Of a DNA stretch of 64,000 bases, positions 7,949-17,091 are shown piece after piece (position 1 is the first letter of the stretch; every line of letters begins with the position of its first letter). The position numbers and the translations under genes were made by a program. The stretch comes from Verrucomicrobiota bacterium (GTDB lineage Bacteria; Verrucomicrobiota; Verrucomicrobiia; Limisphaerales; SIBE01), in the NCBI GenBank assembly GCA_016871535.1, contig VHCZ01000005.1, positions 530 through 64,529 of the forward strand. The letters are read 5' to 3'. A model generated the notes under the pieces. The model saw only the letters and a list, made by a program, of their open reading frames with translations, was not told where the DNA came from and made no database searches.

Positions 7949-9685
7949 ATGGCAGATCTTTCACTATCCGGTCTGGCATCGGGATTCGACTGGAAACCCG
8001 TTGTCGATCAATTGACCAACCTTGAGCGGGCGCCACAACGGCGCTTGCGGAACGAGCAAGCTACTCTTAACCAGAGGAAAGACGCCATTTCAACGCTCGT
8101 CGGTGAGATCGAGAACCTCAAATCAAAGGCGGAAGCGCTGACCAAGGCGGACTTTTTTACCGGTGCCGGAACTGCCGCATCGACAAACGATAAGTATGCG
8201 ACAGCCAGCGCCACGACTTCGACTCCAATCGGCAGCTACACATTCGTCTTCAATCAACTGGCGACCGCTGCAATCCGGAAGGGAACCACCAACGCCGGAG
8301 GGGCCGTCGATACGAGCGCAGCGTTCAGCAGTTCCGGGAGCGCTGGATTCGCCGTGTCCGTCACCACCGGCGCCTTCACGATCAACGGGAAGCAAATCAC
8401 AGTCGATGCCAACACCAAGCTCGGAACAGATGGTTCGACCGACGCAGACACCATCATTTACAAAATCAACAACTCAGGAGCCGGAGTCACCGCAACCTAC
8501 GACTCCGCCACGGACAAGATCACGTTAACGAGCGGGAGCAATATCACTCTGGGCGCGTCGAGCGACACGAGTAACTTCCTCCAGGCGGCGCGCCTGAGCA
8601 ACGCGCAAGGCGGTTCCAGCACCATCGTCAGCAGCACGGGAATTGGAGGCGTAAATCTCGGCAGCGCCATTGAGACGGTCAATTTTTCCACCGCGCTCAC
8701 TCAGACTTCAGGCAGCTTCAAGATCAACGGAGTTTCAATCAGCTATTCGGCAACGGATACCATCGGGCAAATCCTTCAGAAAATCTCCGATTCCGCCGCC
8801 CGCGTCACGGCGGGATATGATTCTGCGAACGACCAGTTCACGCTGACGAATAAGACCACCGGAGATATCGGCATCGCGCTCGAGGACGAGACCGGCAATT
8901 TCCTGGCAGCAACCCGGTTATCGACCGGCTCGACCACGGCGGGACTCAACGCGAAGTTCACCGTCAATGGCGGCGCAGAACTCGAAAGCCTGAGCAATAC
9001 GGTGACCGAGGTTGGCCACGGGATCACAGGGCTGTCCGTAACGGCCTTGAAAAAATCCGAATCAAGCGGCGCGGATTCTTCTGTCACGATCTCCGTGGGG
9101 AAAGACAACAGCGCGATCAAGAAGGGGTTGACGGACTTTGTGGATCAGTACAACAAGGTCCAATCCGTCATCGACACTCAGACCGCCAGTTCCACGGACT
9201 CGGAAGGCAAGGTCACAGCCGGAATCCTGGCGGCGGATCCAACGGTGGTGGAAGTCGCCAGTAAGCTGCGCGCCAAAATGGTCGGGGATGTCAGCGCGCT
9301 CTCCGGCACGATCAAGCGCCTGGAGTCAATCGGCTTCAAGAGCGACGGCAATTCCAACAAGATCTCGCTTTCGGATTCAGCCGCGCTGGACAAGGCGCTG
9401 GGCGAAAGCAGAAGCGACATCAAGACGATGTTTTCGGACACCACCGATGGCATCGGCACTCGCGTCAAAAGCTATCTGGAAACCGTCAGCGGAGTGGATG
9501 GTTCGCTGGTCGCGCACCGGGATACCTACGCCAAACGATCGACCCAGATCGACACGCAAATTGCTGAAATGGAAAAGCAGGTCCAGTCCTATCGTCAGCG
9601 CATGATCGCTGGCTTCCTGGCGATGGAAAAAGCCCAATCCCAGATTAACCAGCAGATGCAGTTCCTCGCGCAACGGTTCAAATAG
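7949..9685 (+). CDS. fliD: flagellar filament cap protein (hook-associated protein 2)
   Basis: N-terminus LSLSGLASGFDWKPVVDQLTNLERAPQRRLRNEQATLNQRKDAISTLVGEIENLK and C-terminal coiled coil YRQRMIAGFLAMEKAQSQINQQMQFL, both typical of FliD. Thr/Ser/Gly-rich middle. Confidence 0.9.
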   Translation: MADLSLSGLASGFDWKPVVDQLTNLERAPQRRLRNEQATLNQRKDAISTLVGEIENLKSKAEALTKADFFTGAGTAASTNDKYATASATTSTPIGSYTFVFNQLATAAIRKGTTNAGGAVDTSAAFSSSGSAGFAVSVTTGAFTINGKQITVDANTKLGTDGSTDADTIIYKINNSGAGVTATYDSATDKITLTSGSNITLGASSDTSNFLQAARLSNAQGGSSTIVSSTGIGGVNLGSAIETVNFSTALTQTSGSFKINGVSISYSATDTIGQILQKISDSAARVTAGYDSANDQFTLTNKTTGDIGIALEDETGNFLAATRLSTGSTTAGLNAKFTVNGGAELESLSNTVTEVGHGITGLSVTALKKSESSGADSSVTISVGKDNSAIKKGLTDFVDQYNKVQSVIDTQTASSTDSEGKVTAGILAADPTVVEVASKLRAKMVGDVSALSGTIKRLESIGFKSDGNSNKISLSDSAALDKALGESRSDIKTMFSDTTDGIGTRVKSYLETVSGVDGSLVAHRDTYAKRSTQIDTQIAEMEKQVQSYRQRMIAGFLAMEKAQSQINQQMQFLAQRFK

Positions 9686-9712
9686 GCTAAGTCCAATTGT
9701 CCTGCTTCAAGA

Positions 9713-10444
9713 ATGAAACCTACGATGAAATCCCAAACCCGATCAAGCGCCTGGACGCATTGGTCGTTCGCCGCGGGCCTTTTCTTTCTCGCTGGCTGCG
9801 CCACGCAGACGCCCCTGCACCCTGGCTTGACCGGTCCCTTCAATTACCACCTCACAGACCGCAAACTCCCAGAAGGGGTGAGGCGGGTCGCGATGCTGCC
9901 ATTGACCTCATCGGAAGAAGACCAGGCGGCCCGGGCGGGACGCGAGTCTTTGCAAACCATTCTGTATGGTGAACTGATCAAGGCGCGCCTCTTTGAAGTC
10001 GCGCTGGTTCCGCCGGAAAAGCTGGAACAATTGACGGGAAAACCAGCCTGGAATTCGGACGACCAACTGCCGGCGGATTTCCTGGTGAGGATTCGCGAGG
10101 CGACGGCGTGCGACGCGATCCTTTTCAGCCGATTATCCAATTATCGACCCTACCCGCCCTTAGCGATCGGCTGGCATATGCTGCTCGTCAACGCGGAAGA
10201 TGGGCGGACCATCTGGAAAATCGACGAAGTGTTCGATGCGGGAGAGCCCCGCGTTTGGAATAGCGCCCGGCGCTATGCCGTCGAGAACGAACGGACGCAG
10301 GCTGAATTCACCCGGCTCGCCGGGACCAAACACGGAGCGGCATTTCCGACGCGAGTGAGCGGGCTTGAGTGGATCAACTCGCCCCGGCACTTCGCGAAAT
10401 ACGCGGCCAGCGCGGCCATCGAAACGCTCACGCCGCCCAAGTAA
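9713..10444 (+). CDS. lipoprotein of unknown function
   Basis: Lipobox LFFLAGC in MKPTMKSQTRSSAWTHWSFAAGLFFLAGCATQTP. 27 nt after fliD, so probably co-transcribed. The body (VAMLPLTSSEED...CDAILFSRLSNYRPYPP...LLVNAEDGRTIWKIDE) loosely recalls DUF799/GNA1162-type lipoproteins (by eye only). Confidence 0.7.
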   Translation: MKPTMKSQTRSSAWTHWSFAAGLFFLAGCATQTPLHPGLTGPFNYHLTDRKLPEGVRRVAMLPLTSSEEDQAARAGRESLQTILYGELIKARLFEVALVPPEKLEQLTGKPAWNSDDQLPADFLVRIREATACDAILFSRLSNYRPYPPLAIGWHMLLVNAEDGRTIWKIDEVFDAGEPRVWNSARRYAVENERTQAEFTRLAGTKHGAAFPTRVSGLEWINSPRHFAKYAASAAIETLTPPK

Positions 10445-10460
10445 TGGTCGATGTTTTGCC

Positions 10461-10487
10461 TAAAGTTTTGGTTGGAACCGCCGATTT
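10461..10487 (+). promoter_or_regulatory. sigma28 (FliA) promoter TAAAGTTT-N11-GCCGATTT
   Basis: Matches the enteric FliA consensus TAAAGTTT-N11-GCCGATAA at 14 of 16 defined positions with exact spacing. It lies ~140 nt upstream of flgM, a classical sigma28 target. Confidence 0.7.
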
Positions 10488-10628
10488 TAGATGATAAAAG
10501 ATAATGTCGGATTGTCATGAAACCATTGACCTCAAGCTACAACGCGCAAATGCGCGCTTCAAAGGGCTGGACGGCCCGTGCCGGGGTCAACTTGGATTCG
10601 CGTGTAACCTGCGCTTTGGGAGGCAGCC

Positions 10629-10928
10629 ATGAGTGAGATCAATTTGAATGGCGCGAGTGGTTCTACGGGCATCGGGAGGTCCCTCAATGCCGGGCCCAGC
10701 CACAAGAGCGGAAGCGTGACACGAACTTCCGGGGACGATTCGGCTGAGTTTTCTCAGCTTCCCGACTTTTCGGCAATCGAGAGCGCCGTTGAAAAAGAGT
10801 TTGAAAGCCAGCGGTCACGGCTTCAAGCGGCGGCGGATTCCGAGTTATACCCGCCCTTGGAAACGATCGATAAGCTTTCCGCGATGCTGGCCCTTGACGT
10901 CGCTCCCGATCCAGGGAAGTCAGCATAA
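10629..10928 (+). CDS. flgM: anti-sigma-28 factor FlgM-like
   Basis: 99 aa with a Ser/Gly-rich disordered N-terminal half and a C-terminal helical part (SAIESAVEKEFESQRSRLQAAADSELYPPLETIDKLSAMLA). GGGAGG Shine-Dalgarno 6 nt upstream, sigma28 promoter upstream, and fliS next. Confidence 0.6.
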   Translation: MSEINLNGASGSTGIGRSLNAGPSHKSGSVTRTSGDDSAEFSQLPDFSAIESAVEKEFESQRSRLQAAADSELYPPLETIDKLSAMLALDVAPDPGKSA

Positions 10929-10960
10929 AGTCTGAGAACTTCTGTTGGTTGATCTCTTAG

Positions 10961-11410
10961 ATGTACCGGCCAAACAAGTACCAAACCTACCAGGCCAATG
11001 CCGTCTTCACGGCTTCGCCTGCGCAACTGGTTCTGATGCTCTTCGACGGGGCGATCAAATTCTTGCACATCGCGCTGGACGGCTTCAAACATACCGATCC
11101 GCTGGACTTCAACCTCTCCATCCACCAAAACACGCAAAAGGCGCAGGCGATCATCCGGGAACTCAAAGCGTGTCTGGACCCCGAAAAAGGTCCGGAGTTC
11201 TCGGAGAAAATGTCTGCCCTTTACGATTATTTCGACCGCCGCCTCCAGCAGGGCAACCTGAAGAAACAGCGCGAACCGCTGGAAGAAGTCAGCCGCCATC
11301 TCCAGGTGTTGCGGGAGGCCTGGCGGGAGATGATCGACAAACAAAACCTCTCTCAACCAGCAACCGCCCCCCAACCTGAACGCGTGGGCGAATGGTCGGC
11401 GACGGGCTAA
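10961..11410 (+). CDS. fliS: flagellin-specific export chaperone
   Basis: YQTYQANAVFTASPAQLVLMLFDGAIKFLHIA is the typical FliS N-terminal signature. ~150 aa. Confidence 0.9.
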   Translation: MYRPNKYQTYQANAVFTASPAQLVLMLFDGAIKFLHIALDGFKHTDPLDFNLSIHQNTQKAQAIIRELKACLDPEKGPEFSEKMSALYDYFDRRLQQGNLKKQREPLEEVSRHLQVLREAWREMIDKQNLSQPATAPQPERVGEWSATG

Positions 11411-11416
11411 TGCTCC

Positions 11417-11830
11417 ATGGATTCGAGTCGGGAACCTGGCGGCTTGTGCCATGAACTGCACGCGCTGCTCGCGCAGTGGAAAAAGCTCACCCTCGCCGAG
11501 AATGAGCTAATCCGGGCGAACGATTGGAGCGCCTTGGAGCAGCTCCAATCAAAGAAAGCTTCGCTCCAGCAATCCATCGAAAAACTCGAGGAACAGTTTT
11601 CCCAAAGCCCCTTGATACCGGAGGAGAGGAAGCGCCAGGAAAGAAAACACCTCAAGCAAGTCGCAACCGAGTTGCTCGCCCTGGAAAGGAACAACGAGGC
11701 TATTCTTTCGGAGAGGATCGCGGAGGCTGATCGCGAGCTTAAAAGCTCCAACAAGACCATCCAAAGCCTCCGCCACGTCCAAAAAGCCTACGGCAGCGGC
11801 AAGTCGTTCTTCTGGCAAGCTTACTCGTAA
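11417..11830 (+). CDS. small coiled-coil protein (FliT/FlgN-like candidate)
   Basis: Directly follows fliS with a 6-nt gap. LHALLAQWKKLTLAENELIRANDWSALEQLQSKKASLQQSIEKLEEQF is helical and chaperone-like. Assignment rests on position and composition only. Confidence 0.5.
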   Translation: MDSSREPGGLCHELHALLAQWKKLTLAENELIRANDWSALEQLQSKKASLQQSIEKLEEQFSQSPLIPEERKRQERKHLKQVATELLALERNNEAILSERIAEADRELKSSNKTIQSLRHVQKAYGSGKSFFWQAYS

Positions 11831-11937
11831 TAAGACTGAGCTTTTTCTGGGGCCAATCACGCGCGTTGCAAGATATTCACATCGCGGAGACTTCCCCCAT
11901 CTTCCCCCATTTCGGATGGCATTTTTTTCACCGCCTG

Positions 11938-11953
11938 AGGGCACAATCTTGCC
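11938..11953 (+). promoter_or_regulatory. possible sigma54 promoter AGGGCACAATCTTGCC upstream of flgF
   Basis: TTGC -12 element present. GG-N10-GC spacing holds only if the first two Gs of GGG are used; GGCAC is then one nt out of register. ~125 nt upstream of the flgF ATG. Confidence 0.3.
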
Positions 11954-12077
11954 GGGTCCATTCGAGGACGGCCGATCCAGCAGAATCCCCAAAGCTTAAA
12001 GCGCCAGGAAACCGTCGCTAGAGGCCAGGATCGGGCGCCGCAATCCAGTGGCATGCCGTCTGCTCGGATGGCCCCGA

Positions 12078-12836
12078 ATGAATAGCAGTTTGTACGGAGC
12101 CGCTGCTGCCTTGGACGGCAATATCAAGTGGCAGCAGATGATCGCGGAGAACCTGGCGGCGGGATCCACTCCGGCGTTCAAGAAGAGCGAAATCTCGTTT
12201 TCCACCGTCGTATCAGGGATTTTGGGCGCTGGCTCTGACACCGCTTCCGCGGAGCGCAACCCGACCGTCCTGCCCAAGCCGGCGTTCGCGACAAACTTCC
12301 ACCAAGGTTCCCTCGAGGGCACCGGTTCCCCAGCGGATCTGGCGCTTGATGGCAAAGGATTCCTTAGAGTGCGTCTGCCCGGCGAAAGATTTTACTACAC
12401 GCGCGACGGCACGTTCCGCGTCAACCTCCAGGGAGAAATCCGAAACAAGGATGGATACGAATTCGATTCGGAGGCGGGCGTTCCGATCATTGTCAACCCG
12501 CGGAACAAGGAATTCATTTCCGTTTCCCCCGAGGGCGATGTCAGCGAAGGCGGACTCATCCGAGGCAAACTTAGCCTCTACGAGTTTGCGGACGTCTCTC
12601 ATCTCACTCCAATCGGCAGTGGCTATTACTTGCCTAAACCCGGCACGCCTCCACCCGTCCCGGCCACAGAGACCACCGTCCACCAATCGCAACTGGAAGC
12701 TTCCAATACCCTCCCGATGGCCGAAGTCAGCAATTTGTTGCTCGCGCTTCGCCATTATGAGGCCAACCAACGCGTCATCCAGATGCACGACGAACGCATG
12801 GGCCGGGCGGTCCAGGAACTCTCAACGACCACGTAA
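12078..12836 (+). CDS. flgF: flagellar basal-body rod protein FlgF
   Basis: MNSSLYGAAAALDGNIKWQQMIAENLAAGSTPAFKK (rod N-terminal motif) and C-terminal LEASNTLPMAEVSNLLLALRHYEANQRVIQ. Start taken at ATG 12078 (M11 of the track ORF). Confidence 0.85.
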   Translation: MNSSLYGAAAALDGNIKWQQMIAENLAAGSTPAFKKSEISFSTVVSGILGAGSDTASAERNPTVLPKPAFATNFHQGSLEGTGSPADLALDGKGFLRVRLPGERFYYTRDGTFRVNLQGEIRNKDGYEFDSEAGVPIIVNPRNKEFISVSPEGDVSEGGLIRGKLSLYEFADVSHLTPIGSGYYLPKPGTPPPVPATETTVHQSQLEASNTLPMAEVSNLLLALRHYEANQRVIQMHDERMGRAVQELSTTT

Positions 12837-12851
12837 TTCAAGCGCTGCCTT

Positions 12852-13637
12852 ATGATTCGAGCACTCTTCTCCTCCGCGACCGGCATGGAGTCGCAGCAAA
12901 TGAACCTGGACGTCATCGCGAACAACCTCGCGAACGTCAACACCACCGGCTACAAGAAGAGCAAGATCGAGTTCCAAGATTTGCTCTACCAGACAACGCG
13001 GACGGCGGGTTCCGAACAAGGCGCGGGCAACCAGTTGCCGACCGGTATGCAAGTCGGCCACGGCTCGCGCGCGGTGGCTACCTCTCGAATCTTCACCACC
13101 GGCGAGTTGACTCAGACGGGCGAGAAACTCGATATCGCGGTTTCCGGGGACGGTTTCTTTCAAGTTCAAATGCCCGATGGCAGCCAGGCTTACACCCGGG
13201 ACGGCGCATTCAAAATCTCGTCCAATGGCGCCATCGTGACCAGTGACGGGTTGCAGGTCATCGGCGGCTTCCCACCGATCCCGGCCACAACCACCGCAGT
13301 CACCATTGCTCTAAGCGGTGAGATCTCCCTCACGGATTCGACTGGCACGACGCCGGCCGGTCGCGTGACTTTGACCCGATTTGCCAATCCGGCCGGTCTG
13401 GAAGCGATGGGGAAAAACTTGTTCAAAGAGAGCCCGGCTTCCGGCCCCCCGGAAACTGGGAATCCCGGCGAAAACGGCTTCGGTCAATTGCAGCAAGGGT
13501 ACCTCGAATTGTCGAACGTCAAGGTCGTCGAGGAAATGGTCAAACTCATCATGGCGCAGCGCGCTTATGAAGTGAACTCCAGAGCGATCCAGGCCGCGGA
13601 CGAAATGATGCAACAGAGCAACAACCTCCGTCGCTAA
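12852..13637 (+). CDS. flgG: flagellar distal rod protein FlgG
   Basis: MIRALFSSATGMESQQMNLDVIANNLANVNTTGYKKSKIEFQDLLYQT and C-terminal GYLELSNVKVVEEMVKLIMAQRAYEVNSRAIQAADEM, the canonical FlgG ends. Confidence 0.95.
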   Translation: MIRALFSSATGMESQQMNLDVIANNLANVNTTGYKKSKIEFQDLLYQTTRTAGSEQGAGNQLPTGMQVGHGSRAVATSRIFTTGELTQTGEKLDIAVSGDGFFQVQMPDGSQAYTRDGAFKISSNGAIVTSDGLQVIGGFPPIPATTTAVTIALSGEISLTDSTGTTPAGRVTLTRFANPAGLEAMGKNLFKESPASGPPETGNPGENGFGQLQQGYLELSNVKVVEEMVKLIMAQRAYEVNSRAIQAADEMMQQSNNLRR

Positions 13638-14477
13638 GTGATGACTGCTCAACTGGCCCTGAATCTCGGAGCGCTCGCCGTGGCCTCCTGGACGGCCTGG
13701 TCCGTCCAGGCGCAGACCACCGCGGCGGCACCGGCCCAGCCGGAAACCCGGTTTTTGGCTCGCATCGTCCCTCCCGTCGTGACCAACAGCGTGAGTGGGG
13801 TCGATGATTCCTTGCGCCGGCAAAATGACAAATACACGGAAAAGGATCTTCTCTTTTTGCTTTCAGCCAGACTCCAGCCCAAACCGGAGTTGGGTGAACT
13901 GGAAATAGAAGTTCAGCGAGTGGCCCCGCCGTGGAAGCCCATTCCGACTTCCAATGGATCCATCGATGTCCAGATTCTATATCGACCGAGTCTGACTTCA
14001 CAGTTCGGCGTCCAGTTCGAGGTGATCTGCGGCAACAAATCTCTTGGCGCTTATTTCGCGAACGTCAAAGCGCGTCTCTTTCGCGAGGTCTGGGTGGCTC
14101 CGGCGACTTTGAAACGAGGCACCACGCTCGATCAGTCCGGTCTGATAAAGGAACGCCGGGATGTAATCCATCTCCGCGACGCGACCTTTTCTCAAGACAA
14201 GTTCGATCTTTCCGACCTGCACCTGGCGGAAAGCGTGAATGCCGGCGGGATCGTGCTGGCACGCCAAGTTCAACTGCGTCCGGTCATGTTCCGAAACGAC
14301 CATGTCCAGGCCGTGATCGAAGATGACATGATGTCCGTGAGCACCATGGTGGTCGTGTTGTCGGACGGCGCCCCCGGCCAGCTTGTCAAAGCGCGCAACC
14401 TCCGCACTAAGAAGGAAATTCAAGGAAAAGTGATCGACTCGAACACCATCAAAGTTTCGAGGAAAGGCGACCAATGA
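13638..14477 (+). CDS. flgA: flagellar P-ring assembly chaperone FlgA
   Basis: Signal-like N-terminus. SAF-type C-terminus (GAPGQLVKARNLRTKKEIQGKVIDSNTIKV). Positioned between flgG and flgH. GTG 13638 or ATG 13641 as start. Confidence 0.8.
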   Translation: MMTAQLALNLGALAVASWTAWSVQAQTTAAAPAQPETRFLARIVPPVVTNSVSGVDDSLRRQNDKYTEKDLLFLLSARLQPKPELGELEIEVQRVAPPWKPIPTSNGSIDVQILYRPSLTSQFGVQFEVICGNKSLGAYFANVKARLFREVWVAPATLKRGTTLDQSGLIKERRDVIHLRDATFSQDKFDLSDLHLAESVNAGGIVLARQVQLRPVMFRNDHVQAVIEDDMMSVSTMVVVLSDGAPGQLVKARNLRTKKEIQGKVIDSNTIKVSRKGDQ

Positions 14478-15103
14478 GAAAACAGACCAGCATCTATTCC
14501 GGCGTCCTGTTTGCCCTGGGCGCTTTGTGTTTCGCGGGTTCAGCGTCCGCCGACTCGATCTGGACCAAAGATTCTGCGCTTTCGCTTGTCTCAGACAAAA
14601 CGGCCCGGGCCGTGGGCGACATCATCACGGTGATCGTTCAGGAGAGCAATACCACCAAGAAAGACACCAGCACTAAGAGCGACAAGACCTCTTCGCTGGA
14701 CGCGAGCCTTCAATCGTTCCTTTTCAGCCCTGCCGCCAGCAAATTCATGACTCACAATGGAAAACTTCCCGCGATGGGAATGACTTCCAAGAGCGGATTT
14801 GACGGCAAAGGCGCCATCGCCAATTCCGAAACGATCACGCATCGGTTTGGCGTGCGCGTGATCGACGTGCTCCCCAATGGAAACTTCATGGTCGAGGGAC
14901 TTCGCCATACCACCTTTTCCGGGGAATCCCAGATCGTCGTCCTGCGTGGCACGGTTCGGAAATACGACATCAACTCCGACAACACCGTTTTCAGCTACAA
15001 CCTGGCGGATGTTTCGATCCGGTTCGAGGATTCAGGCGCGATCAGCAACGCGCAGAAGAAGGGCTGGTTCAGCCGCGCCTGGGATGTCCTGACCCCGTTC
15101 TAA
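14474..15103 (+). CDS. flgH: flagellar L-ring lipoprotein FlgH
   Basis: SIWTKDSALSLVSDKTARAVGDIITVIVQESNTTKKDTSTKSDKTSSLD and the GESQIVVLRGTVR blocks are typical of FlgH. ATGA overlap with flgA. Confidence 0.92.
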   Translation: MRKQTSIYSGVLFALGALCFAGSASADSIWTKDSALSLVSDKTARAVGDIITVIVQESNTTKKDTSTKSDKTSSLDASLQSFLFSPAASKFMTHNGKLPAMGMTSKSGFDGKGAIANSETITHRFGVRVIDVLPNGNFMVEGLRHTTFSGESQIVVLRGTVRKYDINSDNTVFSYNLADVSIRFEDSGAISNAQKKGWFSRAWDVLTPF

Positions 15104-15108
15104 CCTTT

Positions 15109-16218
15109 ATGAAACGCCTTTACCCGGCCATTCTCCTGGCCTTGATCGCGGCCTCGGCCATTCCTTCTCATGCCGTGACCGTGCGCGTGCGGGACTTGAC
15201 CTTCGTTCATGGCGCGCGGCCCAATCAACTGAGCGGCGTCGGCTTGGTTTACGGCCTGGCCAATGATGGTGACAAAGATCCCGCTTACACAAAGGCGTCG
15301 CTCGCGAATACTCTGCGGCGGTTTGGAATCACTTTGCCTCCCGACGCGCTGACCTCCAAAAACGTCGCCGCCGTCATGGTAACGGCCGAACTCCCGCCCT
15401 ACGCCAAGTCGGGCAACACAATCGACGTGACGATCGCAGCCATGGGTGATGCCAAATCACTCCAAGGCGGCATTCTCGCTCAGACAGCTCTGTGGGGCGC
15501 AAATGGCGAAGTCTATGCCGTTGCCCAAGGCCAGCTCGCCGTGGGCGGTTTCGCCCTGGGCCAGGGCGGTGCCGGCGGCGGAACCGTCCAGAAGAATCAT
15601 CCCACCACCGCTAAAATCCCCAATGGCGCCCTGGTTGAAAAGGAAATCACGGTGACCCTGGTGGAAGGCGACGCAGTTCAGTTTGTATTGCGGGAACCCG
15701 ATTTCACAACCGCCGCGCGCATGGCCGAGGCCATCAATGCCATATTTCCCAGTTCCAGCCACGCCATGAACGGCGCGGCGGTGCGTGTCAAAATCCCCTA
15801 TCAGTTTCAGATCGTCCCAGTGGATTTCATCGCCCGCGTCCAGGCCATCGACGTGATCCCGGATACGCCGGCTCGAGTGATTATCAATGAGCGCACCGGA
15901 ACGGTCGTCGTCACGGCCCGGACAAAGATTTCGAGCTGCGCCGTTTCCCACGGCAACATCATCGTGAAAGTCGCCGAGACGCTGGACGTCTCCCAGCCGA
16001 GTCCCTTCGCCCAGGTGGGGCAGACCGCGGTCACGCCGCGCACCGACACGCAGGCGATCGAACAAGCCGCCAAAATGAAAGCCTTCCCGGAAATGCCTAC
16101 CGTCGAGAAAATCGCCGCTTCCTTGAACGAGTTGGGCGCGACTCCCAGAGATATGATGTCGATTTTTGAAGCGATGAAGGCCGCGGGCGCGTTGCAGGCG
16201 GAATTGGTGATCCAGTAA
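15109..16218 (+). CDS. flgI: flagellar P-ring protein FlgI
   Basis: VRVRDLTFVHGARPNQLSGVGLVYGLANDGDK, SLQGGILAQTAL, NERTGTVVV and ALQAELVIQ are all characteristic of FlgI. Confidence 0.95.
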   Translation: MKRLYPAILLALIAASAIPSHAVTVRVRDLTFVHGARPNQLSGVGLVYGLANDGDKDPAYTKASLANTLRRFGITLPPDALTSKNVAAVMVTAELPPYAKSGNTIDVTIAAMGDAKSLQGGILAQTALWGANGEVYAVAQGQLAVGGFALGQGGAGGGTVQKNHPTTAKIPNGALVEKEITVTLVEGDAVQFVLREPDFTTAARMAEAINAIFPSSSHAMNGAAVRVKIPYQFQIVPVDFIARVQAIDVIPDTPARVIINERTGTVVVTARTKISSCAVSHGNIIVKVAETLDVSQPSPFAQVGQTAVTPRTDTQAIEQAAKMKAFPEMPTVEKIAASLNELGATPRDMMSIFEAMKAAGALQAELVIQ

Positions 16219-16221
16219 TTC

Positions 16222-16578
16222 GTGACTATGGAAAGCAGTCCGGTCGCCCGAAAGCTCAAGCCGGCCGATTTGCCGCTGGAGCGCTTGGCGTCCAACAAGC
16301 AGTTATCGGAAGACGAAAAGCTCTCCGGGATCAGCCATCATTTTGAAGCCATTTTGCTGCGCCAGTTCTTGACGGAAGCGCAGAAGCCGCTTTTGAAGCC
16401 CCAAAGCGCCATGCTGAGCGCCAGCCATGACATTTATCAGGACATGATCGTGAACCAACTCGCTGAAGCCATCAGCAAAACCGGGACGTTTGGCCTGGCC
16501 AACTCTTTCCAGGCCCAGATGACTCACCCGCACAAGAACGATGGCCAGCCGGCGGATCCAGACGCTCCGAAGCCATGA
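16222..16578 (+). CDS. flgJ: rod-binding protein (FlgJ N-terminal domain only; no muramidase domain)
   Basis: ISHHFEAILLRQFLTEAQKP...MIVNQLAEAISKTGTFGLANSF matches the rod-binding domain. Only 118 aa. Positioned after flgI. Confidence 0.75.
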   Translation: MTMESSPVARKLKPADLPLERLASNKQLSEDEKLSGISHHFEAILLRQFLTEAQKPLLKPQSAMLSASHDIYQDMIVNQLAEAISKTGTFGLANSFQAQMTHPHKNDGQPADPDAPKP

Positions 16579-17072
16579 AGGCCGAACTGGAAAAACTGAT
16601 CGAGACCTTGCGGGACGAGCTCACCCAGTACGGTGAGCTTCTGGCCCTTTTAGAGCAGCAACAGGATCTGATCGTGAGCCGGTCTGCTGAAGGGTTGTTG
16701 GAAAACCTCGGCGCCATCAATGCCCAGGTGCCCATCGTCGCAGCGGCTCGCCAGCGCCGAGACCAACTTCGAAAAGAACTCGCCACCGCGCTGGGCCAGC
16801 CCACTACCCTCTCTTTCCGACAGCTCGTCGCGCTTGTCCCCAAGGAATACCAGCCGCTCCTGGAAGCGCTGGTCGAGGAAATCAACGATTTGCTGATGCG
16901 CTCCCAACAGCGGCTGCGCCAGAACCATCTGCTGCTGAGCCGTTCGCTCGATCTGATGCAACAGATGATCTTCAGCCTCTTCCCCTCGAGCGGCGGCCAG
17001 ACGTACACGCCGGCCGGAACGGTCAAGACTGGCGCGCTGCCTCAAAGCTCGCTCTGCGAGATGATCATCTAA
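16575..17072 (+). CDS. flgN: FlgN-family export chaperone
   Basis: LEKLIETLRDELTQYGELLALLEQQQDLIVSRSAEGLLENLGAINAQ is typical FlgN. ATGA overlap with the preceding gene; precedes flgK-flgL. Confidence 0.65.
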   Translation: MKAELEKLIETLRDELTQYGELLALLEQQQDLIVSRSAEGLLENLGAINAQVPIVAAARQRRDQLRKELATALGQPTTLSFRQLVALVPKEYQPLLEALVEEINDLLMRSQQRLRQNHLLLSRSLDLMQQMIFSLFPSSGGQTYTPAGTVKTGALPQSSLCEMII

Positions 17073-17091
17073 AACCGAAACCCGTCGCTCT

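Noticed and set aside
7751-8025. Small + strand ORFs (64 aa and 88 aa) just upstream of and overlapping the fliD start
   Set aside because: Pro/Ser-rich low-complexity translations of the CT-rich promoter/leader region. One overlaps the confident fliD start and the sigma54 motif.
11955-11966. GGCCGATCC upstream of flgF considered as a sigma28 -10 element
   Set aside because: No TAAA -35 element at the required 15-nt spacing.
16222-16578. FlgJ lacking its muramidase domain as an anomaly
   Set aside because: Single-domain rod-binding FlgJ proteins with a separate lytic enzyme are common outside the beta- and gamma-proteobacteria, so this is ordinary.
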